Source: Laetmonice hystrix
Taxonomy: Eukaryota
Direction: 5' to 3'
Assembly (NCBI GenBank): GCA_965235115.1
Contig: OZ249441.1
Location: 33,790,001-33,854,000 of the forward strand
DNA length: 64,000 bases
Shown one piece after another: positions 11,222 through 21,400 of this stretch; the first letter of the stretch is position 1, and the number at the start of each line of letters is the position of its first letter. The notes beneath the pieces are model-generated. The model saw nothing but the letters and a program-made list of their open reading frames with translations. It ran no database searches and had not been told where the DNA came from. A program made the translations under genes and the position numbers.

Positions 11222-12170
11222 AACCCAGCCAGCCAACCTGATGGGGGAGGACCCAGCCAGCCAACCTGATGGGGGAGGACCCAGCCAGCCAACCTGATGG
11301 GGGAGGAACCAGCCACCCAACCTGATGGGGAGGACCCAGCCACCCAACCTGATGGGGGAGGACCCAGCCACCCAACCTGATGGGGGAGGACCCAGCCACC
11401 CAACCTGATGGGGGAGGACCCAGCCAGCCAACCTGATGGGGGAGGACCCAGCCAGCCAACCTGATGGGGGAGGACCCAGCCAGCCAACCTGATGGGGGAG
11501 GACCCAGCCAGCCAACCTGATGGGGAGGACCCAGCCACCCAACCTGATGGGGGAGGACCCAGCCACCCAACCTGATGGGGGAGGACCCAGTCAGCCAACC
11601 TGATGGGGGAGGACCCAGCCACCCAACCTGATGGGGGAGGACCCAGCCACCCAACCTGATGGGGGGGGGGGGGGACCCAGCCACCCAACCTGATAGGGAG
11701 GACCCAGCTAGCCAACCTGATGGGGGAGGACCCAGCCAGCCAACCTGATGGAGGAGGAACCAGCCACCCAACCTGATGGGGGAGGAACCAGCCACCCAAC
11801 CTGATGGGGGAGGACCCAGCCACCCAACCTGATGGGGGAGGACCCAGCCAACCTGATGGGGGAGGACCCAGCCAGCCAACCTGATGGGGGAGGACCCAGC
11901 CAGCCAACCTGATGGGGGAAGACCCAGCCAGCCAACCTGATGGGGGAGGACCCAGCCACCCAACCTGATGGGGGAGGACCCAGCCACCCAACCTGATGGG
12001 GGGGGGGGGGGGACCCAGCCACCCAACCTGATAGGGAGGACCCAGCTAGCCAACCTGATGGGGGAGGACCCAGCCAGCCAACCTGATGGAGGAGGAACCA
12101 GCCACCCAACCTGATGGGGGAGGAACCAGCCACCCAACCTGATGGGAAGGACCCAGCCAGCCTGATGGGG
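11222..12170. repeat. 28-bp minisatellite, ~33 copies
   Basis: Unit ACCCAGCCA(G/C)CCAACCTGATGGGGGAGG, with variable G-runs. It explains the repetitive ORFs at 11057-12370. Confidence 0.95.
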
Positions 12171-12631
12171 GGGGGCACTAAATGATGTTTTACCTCACAC
12201 CTCTTGGGAGGGGGGGGGGGCTCCCCCTGTTCCGACAGAATGCCCCAAAAGGCTTCTTTCGGGCCTGTGCTAGTCAAGGGGAGAAAACGAATAAACCCCC
12301 GCCCCTCCTCCCCCCCCCCCCCCAAAAAAAAAGTCACATAGCTTAATCCGGTTTTACACACGATTAACACCTAGTTGCGCGGATCATGCCATACGTGTAA
12401 GGGAGCATGTTTGGGAGATTTGGATCATGAGTCACCCGTAACCATGGTAACAGACAGTCTGCCACATCAGTGTTTTGTTAACTACTGATGGAAGGGTCAC
12501 AGGCCAAGCTACCAGAGGTGTCACAGATGGCGCTGCAGTCGGAACCGTAGGCTGACCAAAGGCAGGGCGATCTGCCAATCACCTTCTATGACTCGTTAAA
12601 TGGTAGGAGGTATTAATTTTGATTTATTTTA

Positions 12632-12801
12632 NNNNNNNNNNNNNNNNNNNNNNNNNNNNNNNNNNNNNNNNNNNNNNNNNNNNNNNNNNNNNNNNNNNNN
12701 NNNNNNNNNNNNNNNNNNNNNNNNNNNNNNNNNNNNNNNNNNNNNNNNNNNNNNNNNNNNNNNNNNNNNNNNNNNNNNNNNNNNNNNNNNNNNNNNNNNN
12801 N
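12632..12801. other. Assembly gap
   Basis: Run of N. Confidence 1.
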
Positions 12802-13942
12802 AGACACTGTTTTCGTCATGTCGGCAACTATAACAAGTATGTATAAGGTCTTCTTCAGGGCAAAAAGATGGTTTTAGCAAAGATTACCGAAAAGTGCCCT
12901 GTTTCCTTACTAAAGAGTTCCTTACTAGAGTGTAGAAGAAGATACGATAATTCAAACTGAAAGAGTTAGTATTGAAAAAGTTTGAAGTTAGCTATTGTTG
13001 GCTTCACTATGCAGTCCTCGATCACTGAGGGCGGTGGGGTTGAAAATGAAACGTGAAATCTTACTTTAACAATATCAAACAATGTAAAATAAATCCCCCT
13101 GCACAAAGAATGTGTAAATTGAGATCCTAGGGTGGGGGATATTATAAAGATATACTATCAAAAAAGTAACCTATTCATTGTTACAATTATTATGCTCGCA
13201 CTTTATAGGATTTCAGTCCATTTAGGCTAGGCGCTTAAATATAATATTTGGACTGAGAAAACAGTGTCTTATTTTATAGCTCTTGTCTTAACCCAATCCG
13301 AATTATATCAAATAAATATGATTGAACGGGAAATGATGCCTGTTTTTCTTATCTTGTTGGCATGTATGTACATATGCGTAAACTGATTTAGCTTGTGGGC
13401 ACGAGTTTGTTATAGACTGACCGTATAAAACTGCGTTCGGTCCCGACCCTGAGCTGCCTTTTACTCTAAATCTGTTGAATTTTGAAAGGTTGCTCTCTTA
13501 CCCAACCCTATACCCAATATAATTCTATAACCTCTGCTGGAAAGATAACGTAAAGATGGGGTACCAACATCAAAGTTTATTCCAAAAGAAAATCCTCGAA
13601 ATTCTTTCATCAAGCGTGTACATGTACTTCCAAATATTATAAAGGAGTTCTTGAATGGTGAAATTGACAACGTCAATTTATATTAAAAACATCTATAAAT
13701 CATTCTTACCATCTCACTTAGTTTGTATGAGTTGATCGGTGAATATCTATTTAATCGCTATTTCCAGGTGAGGCAGAATCCACTATATATACATACATGT
13801 ATTATCATAAGTGTAGCATACATATGTTTCACATCGGTGGGGTGTATTCGTGGCATCTATACAGGCGTCACGACAATTCCATTTTTATGTTTTCTACACA
13901 ATGGCAATTCTCATAACATCGAAATCAAGATTTTAACTGGAT

Positions 13943-16900
13943 CTAATAATAATATTCATTGTCGGAGTCGAAGTCTATTGTCTTGTATTGTGGGCCGTTG
14001 ACCTGAGTGCCGCCCACCTGACTACACACCCCGGAGTAAACATCGAAGGTGGTCCCCCGTGGGCAGATCCGCTCGAACGGCTGGCAACACTCGCACGCCT
14101 GGCCGCGGTGGTGGCCTGACCCGCATTGGATGTAGTGATCGGCCTTGGTTGGGTGGGCGAACAGCATCTGACTGGACTGGCACTCCCTTGGGCACACGTC
14201 TGTAAAACGAAAAACGTCGGGACAATGATTTTGTTAACAAGTGAAAATAAACATTTTGAAGAAGAGCAACAGTTTGAATTGTTTCAATTATGAAATTCAC
14301 GTTTGGCCGTTTGCAAGAACCTTTGGTAAAGTTACGCCAGAGAGGGCGTTAAAAGTCTTGTAAAAACAGTGCAGTTGTGCTAAAATAGGGGCCATGGTTA
14401 TTGGGATCATTCATTGAAAGCTGGAAACTTTTGACTTTCTTGCAACGGGGAATAAATGACCAACCCACTGAATATCTACATATATGGCCTTGTAATCGGT
14501 CAGTTTTCGATATTGATCTAAGATATTTTAAAGTCATAATATTCTTTTGCATCGGCAGAGGGACTACCTCGCTTGCATTCCTAATCAAATGTCTTCCCCA
14601 TAAAAACAGTTATAAGGGAAAAATAATTTCTGCTTCACCTGGGCCAACATAGGAATCAATGCTATGGTCTGGTTGGTGAACGTTGTCCATGTTGAAATTA
14701 TCGTAGTAGGTTAGAAAATCCGCTTCATTCATTGGCTGATCCGGAGAGTTCCCCTCGGCTTGCACGTTGTATTCCGCGCCGTCTGCCTCTCCCGCTGACG
14801 TCATCGCGTCATCCCAACGTCCGTCGTCAATAACAACGTCATCTTTCACGTCATCGCTCGCCTGGAAGTCGTCTGTCGAGTAGAGGGGACTCTGGTAAGG
14901 TTCCTTGCCCTGAGGCAACGGTCCGTCTTGGTCTGAGGACGTGTAGGTGACCTGCTCGGGGACCCCCTCCAGGTCCACTTCGTCTTTGTTTTGGGGGTAC
15001 TTCGGATGTGTCTGGTAGTGAGGCTTCTGATAATAGCTCGAGATACCACCGCGGTAACCTCCTGTGTCCTTAGGGTGAAATTTGGGATGGGCGTAGGGAG
15101 ATTTCGGGTCGGCTTTCGGATGATGGGATTTCTGGGATTTGGCTGGTCTCTGATCGGACTTTGGTGGAGTGGTTTTTTTGGGATGGTATACCCCAGTAGA
15201 TTTGGGGTGATATTCCTTCGGATGGTGGTAATCGTTCTTAGGACTTGGCATGCTTTTTGACCCCTCCGCTTTGGCCGGCTTATGGGATTTAGGGTGGTAG
15301 TCGGGCATTTTATTCATTGTGGTGTCCTTGGGATGGCTGTTTCTTACCGTCGAGGTTTTAGGATGAAAGTCACTAGGCCCTTTCTGTGGATATCCTTTTG
15401 GGTGGGTGCCATGGTCTTGTGGCTTGTACACCTTTGGTTGGAAATAGACCACTCCTTTCGGCGGATTGTGTTTTGGGTGCTGCTGGTCTGTCGATTTGAC
15501 ATGGCTTTTTCCATGTTCTGGTTGGTGTTTCTTAGGGTGAAAGTTGTTCACCGTTTTGGGGTGTTGGTCGCCTTGGTCTTGCTGTTGGGTAGTTTTGGGA
15601 TGGTAACTACTTTTCCTTCCTTCCTCATTGTTAATGGTTTTCCCTTGGGGTTTATCAATCGACTTGGCGTGACTTGAGCTAGTTTTGCCCACTTTCTGGT
15701 CACTCGAGCCCTTGGGGTGGGGTAGTTGGTGAGTGTGCCAGTAGCCAGCACTGTAAGGCTGGGTGGTGTGTTGGTAATGGTCCGGGCCAGGCAACCATCT
15801 CCAAACCCAGAAGGGAGCGTGACCATATGGGTGTTGCTTCCCTGTCGCTGCGGTGTGTCCCTTTGGGTTATAGTCGACTGGAACATGGCTCTTGGACTGA
15901 TCTGATTTGGGGTGTCCTTTCTTGCCCACCGTTCGCGTGGAGCGAGCCGCTGAGGCCTGAGATTTAGAGACGACGCCATACACCGTTTCTCCCTGGGCGT
16001 GTACGTTATGAGGTTCTGGATTGCTTGTTTCTGGTACCGGGTCTGGAGCCTGATACACGACTCGTGATTTGGGATGGTCCCCACGAAGCACCTCCATCTC
16101 GTCCAGGCTGTGGTCATGGTAGGGCGGTTCAGGGAGTCCTTTAGATCCGACAGATTTCCCTGAGTTTGGCGCAGGTTCTTGGTGCTCGGAGAGACCAAGG
16201 GAACCACAGCGATTGTTGTCAGTCAAGGATCCGTCATTGCAAAGATGGCCGTCACAGAACCACCAGATGGAGCCAGTGGTTTCTTGGCTGGAACAGTTGC
16301 TGTAGGTGTCGACGCCCCATTGAAGGTTCCAATGATCAGCACAGCCGCGGTAGATTTCTAGTTTGGATGAAAAGAAAATGATATCAGTTTTATACATCAA
16401 CAAGAAAGGTCTGAGGAATGAGACGTTACCTATAGAACGGAGTTAGGGAACAAGCAGGCCTAACTAGTCGTAATTCTACAAATAGTAAGCAGTTGCCCTT
16501 TTAATATCAACAGCAGGATTATGTAACTGGGGCCCTAGATGGGGGGAATAGAAATATGACAGATGCCCAGCGAAACTCGGTCTGTCCCTTTATTTGTGAA
16601 TATTAAATTCAAGCACACGGTGGGAATATCTAGTGTTCTTATTAAAACAATTTGGGTTTAACTTACGGCCATTTGGGTCCATCCGAATGAAACACTTTCC
16701 ATATTCACATGTCAACTTATTGATGAAGTAAGCATCATCTGGTTCCGTCAGGGAGCATCTCTTGAAGCCCCCGTAACCGTCCTTTGCTGTGACGTAGTGA
16801 CAGTCGTAACAACTCGCCCCTGCGTGAAAACAAATCCAAAGATTTACTTCATATAACTTTACTTATAGTTGGCGGGTGTAAACAGTAAAACATTTATAAC

Positions 16901-17153
16901 GGAGAAGCAAATGTTCTTAGAACTTCGTACACTCCACCGACGTGCATTTTGAGCGGGTCACTGCGTCAGTATAGGTTAAGGAATTCCAAACGTCGAACTG
17001 GCTGATACCGGTTGTCAAGGATATTCACTATGAGGAGAACATACAAACACCAAAAATCAAACAAAATCACTAACCTTTGTCGCCGTTTGTCCATCCACAG
17101 GCAGCGCCGAAAATAACGCTGAGCTTGATTAACCAAAGCATCACTGTTCTCAT
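13943..17153 (-). CDS. Secreted protein B (~735 aa): signal peptide + Ly6/uPAR-like 10-Cys domain + HPK-rich basic region + acidic region + variant chitin-binding type-2 domain
   Basis: Exons (minus) 17153-17075, 16819-16667, 16357-14639, 14199-13943. All are GT-AG and phase 1, summing to 2208 nt open. Signal peptide MRTVMLWLIKLSVIFGAACG. Domain SCYDCHY..GFKRCSL..TCEYGKCFIRM..NGQIYRGCAD..NC..WWFCDGHLCN..RCG. C-terminus DVCPRECQSSQMLFAHPTKADHYIQCGSGHHRGQACECCQPFERICPRGTTFDVYSGVC. The exon-3 donor (GTGAAG) is weak, but it is in phase and mirrors paralog A. Confidence 0.85.
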
Positions 17154-17254
17154 TCAGGCATTGTAACCGCAGCGAATAAATTTAATTCTTTGCTCAAGGT
17201 CTGACGAACGAAGATGGAGCACCGCACAGTGAGTTCATCCCAAACTGTAGAGTC

Positions 17255-17263
17255 TTTTATTAA
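17255..17263 (-). promoter_or_regulatory. TATA-like box of protein B gene
   Basis: TAATAAAAG on the minus strand, with an Inr-like TCACT about 30 nt downstream and the ATG ~100 nt downstream. Confidence 0.4.
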
Positions 17264-18429
17264 ACTACACCGGACGGTTCCAGGACCCCCAGGTGCCGTC
17301 ACGTGTCGGGGGTTGACGATCGGAGGTTATTTTTGGCGCCGAGCCACGTGATGGGCCGGTGCCGCCAACCAAACAATCAGCGAATTCCGGTCCCCCGCGC
17401 CAGATGGCGACACTGGCGTAAACACTGCTGTCACAGATGACCGCGGCGTTCGCTAATTACGTCGACGTGTGACGTTTCATAATCGAATGACGCACCTGTA
17501 AGGACTGTCGCTGACCAGGACAAGGCGACGAGTTTAAAAAAAAAACACGATCAAAGGACCAGGGTGTGGGAAACGTGGAGGTAACAGAGTATGTTAGGCC
17601 TAGAATTTTGTCTGGTACGACGGGGGATGGTTGGGCGACTGCTACCAAATCTCAACACTGACAGAGAAGTAGACGCGACCATTTAAACACCCGCTGTGTT
17701 CCAAAAGGAGGTTGGCAGAGCGCTTGGCACCATCTGCAATCAGCCTCTCTCACGTACGGCCTGTCGCTTTTAAAAAACCGTATCATGCCAATTGAAATTA
17801 ATACTAAAATTAAAAGTTGAGAGAAGACACCAAAATGATTGAATCAAATAAACTTTTATTTATATTAGAGCAAGATGAAGAACCTACGTAACATAAAACG
17901 CACATACATGTATACTATAGCCTATAGATTATAGTGTATACTCTAAAATGATGACTTCAATGTTTAAGAGCAGATCGAACACACTGTGTCATGGGAATGG
18001 TTTCTGTATAATAGTGCACACAGTGCACAGTAACATGTCAAATAACGAAGTCCTCCCTTAGAACAGTCATAATATATGACAGCTCAACTGTTCGAGGTAT
18101 GTCTCTGTATGGGCGAACTGTCTATCAGTTATATAGGCCTACTCTTTATACTGTAGGCAAAACTTAATATCATTCGTAGTAAAGATACCACCGGGTTGAT
18201 CGTGTAAGTATCATTATACCAACCGTGCAAGGCCTTAACTTATCGTCGGAGTGCCAATAATAGTGAAGGGCTATCATAACTCGGCAGTTCTAATATAATA
18301 GGAAGACGCTTGGGTGTTCGGCGCCCTTCTGCCTTTATATAGAGACAGACGTACAGCGCCCCTCTTCCAGTCAATGGCCGAGAGTTTAGGTGGGTTTTTT
18401 TCTTTGGGGGGGGGGGGAGAGACGGCCCC

Positions 18430-21400
18430 CTATACCGGAAGCTCCTTCTTCATCAAACTTTTACTGCTGACCACATCGTCTTCCCCGCTGTCCTCTGTGG
18501 GAACTTCACTCACGTTCCAGGAACAGTTGCTGGAACAAACGGAATAATGTATTAGGAACGTGTTCGTTGTCTGCACAAAGAATATTATTTCATCGCCCTA
18601 TTGTTTCAAACATTTTCAGATGAAAAGAAAAAAACCTATCAAACCCTTTTTCTAAGTAGACTCTATCGGGAACATTGGGCAGAAACACTATTATCAGTTT
18701 TTTGACAACCATAAAAAGTTTGAAAGATGAAGGAGCCATACGATAAAGGCCTCTATATGACTATAACACTTTGGCGATTCGCTTCCTAACTTAGCAGGAC
18801 TTCCTGTCCCAAATAACAAAGGATGTGTTGCCACGTAAAGATTAAAATATTAACGGTTGATACAGAAAACGGAGTTAGAACTAAAGCTTAAACAAGAACT
18901 AAAGTTTTGGAAAACCGGTTTCTGGCCTACCCTTTCATGTTCTCGACGTCGTCTACGGTCAATGGCAGCGGTCGTCCGCGGGTCTCGGGTAGAAAGAGGG
19001 AGGTGACCCCGGCGGTGAGGGCCAACACGCCCAGTATACAGATCGGGATCAGTGGATCATACCTCGCCTGGAACCGAGCCAAACTCACTCTTCATGGAAG
19101 AACTGGATTCAACAACGGACAACGCACTACTCTGAGGTACACGGGGTGTGTCTTGGGAGGTCATGCAAGTAACTATTTAACTTGGATGGATAGTCTCTCC
19201 GTACAAGATGTAAATTCCGTAACAAAATGTAAAGTTCATGTAAAGTCCTGAACCTAGGATGAAATCACTCTTGAGTGTTGTGAACCGAGGACTAGAGCAC
19301 TCTAACAGTTCTGATTCTAGGATGAAATCACTCTAGAGTATTGCGAACCTCGGATGAAAATCACTCTAGAGTATTGTGAACCTAGGATGAAATCACTCTA
19401 GAGTGATCTGAACCTAGGATGAAATCACTCTAGAGTGTTGTGAACCTAGGATGAAATCACTCTAGAGTGTTGTGAACCTAGGATGAAATCACTCTAGAGT
19501 GTTGTGAACCTAGGATGAAATCACTTTAGAGTGTTCTGAACCTAGGACAAAGTCACTCTAGAGTGTTCTGAACCTAGGATAAAATCACTCTGTGTTCTGA
19601 ACCTAGGATGAAATCACTCTAGAGTGTTCTGAACCTAGGATGAAATCACTCTAGAGTGTTCTGATCCTAGGATGATATCACTCTAGAGTGAAAAGTTAGG
19701 GTAGTGATTTGATCCTGCTACACCTGCCTTTAATAAAGACAGGCCGATGCAACACTTAAAGTATGTAGGCCTACATTCACCTGCATGAATGTATAACACC
19801 TATACTGGGACTCTATCTTACCAGCTGTCCAATGTACGGCGCGATAACTCCTCCCATTCGGCCTGTCGTTGAGCAGATACCCAGTGTAACCTGTCGGAGT
19901 CCTGTGGGAAACAACTCAACCGTGAAGACGTAAGCAGCCGCGAACCCACCGGAGATAGTCAGCTTTCCGATCATGGCCAACGCTGTCCTCACTGTCTTCA
20001 AATCTGATACGGAGAATGTGAAGCAAATTCAGGTGTTTAAAAAAAATCTATTTATCGTAACCATTCAAGACCTTAAAAAGCGACGAGGCAAAGGTAACTC
20101 TTCTCGGGGGAGGGGGGGGGGGTCTGCTCACCCAGAAATAATTTTTAATTCTGGACGTCAAATCGTGCATTCTGAGGGTGAAATTTGACACTTTTAACTC
20201 AGGACAAAAATAGTCATTTAAATGTTGCAAAAAGAACAACTGCTTTTGCATTCTCCCTGTTATCTAGCTTTTACTTCATTTAGTACAGTAAAGGCTGATA
20301 AAAGTATTCGATGAGTTCTGGGAGGGTTAATACGGATAGCTTAGGTCTGAAATCTAAGTTTAATCGTAAATACGATGGCAGACAGAAAATCAATTGGAAC
20401 GAAAAGAAATGTCCGTAGTCAACATGATACCACAGAACATCCCGACAGGGGGCGCCCTACGATCGCAGCGCCATGCTGTGGTGAGAATGTGAAACCATCG
20501 AAACTCTTGCCGCCACTGTTAGGCCTATCTCTAGGTGAAATCGACGGGGTTTTATTCCATTCGGCCCTGAAGTAAAGCTATAACCTCAGAAGGGCGTTAA
20601 GGAAATCAAATCTTTGTTACACTTTGACCTCTCGTTTTGAAACAGCCTTCAGCATGATCACCACCAGGTGGGGCTGCGATCGAAACGTACCCGGAGAAGA
20701 GCATCCGAAGCAATGAGAGTGCTCCCTCCGACAGTCAGTAAACCTACACGCTCTGTCTAGGATGTGCTCCCTCTGACAGTCAGTAAACCTACACGCTCTG
20801 TCTAGGATGTACTCCCTCCGACAGTCAGTAAACCTACACGCCATGTCTAGGATGTGCTCCCTCCGACAGTCAGTAAACCTACACGCTCTGTCTAGGATGT
20901 GCTCCCTCTGACAGTCAGTAAACCTACACGCTGTGTCTAGGATGTACTCCCTCCGACAGTCAGTAAACCTACACGCCATGTCTAGGATGTGCTCCCTCTG
21001 ACAGTCAGTAAACCTACACGCTCTGTCTAGGATGTGCTCCCTCTGACAGTCAGTAAACCTACACACTCTGTCTAGGATGTACTCCCTCCGACAGTCAGTA
21101 AACCTACACGCCATGTCTAGGATGTGCTCCCTCTGACAGTCAGTAAACCTACACGCTCTGTCTAGGATGTGCTCCCTCTGACAGTCAGTAAACCTACACG
21201 CCATGTCTAGGATGTGCTCCCTCCGACAGTCAGTAAACCTACACGCTCTGTCTAGGATACTTACGATCGGGGACGAAGGCTGTAGCCAGGAGGACCAGTC
21301 CAGACCAGACGAGGAAGGATGACATCGTTCCCCGCCGTCCTGGACGCCTGCTCATGAGTACCTGGGTCAGGAAGTAGGCTGGCAGTTCCACGGCGCCCAT

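Noticed and set aside
11057-12370. Four long G/W/P-rich ORFs
   Set aside because: Produced by the 28-bp minisatellite; the frame drifts with G-run length and there is no exon support.
12600-12880. ORFs spanning N-runs (also 27720-28640 and 55481-56296)
   Set aside because: Artefacts of translating assembly gaps.
20617-21204. 195-aa Cys/His repeat ORF
   Set aside because: Translation of an intronic 45-bp VNTR; read-through from exon 7 hits a stop within 8 codons.
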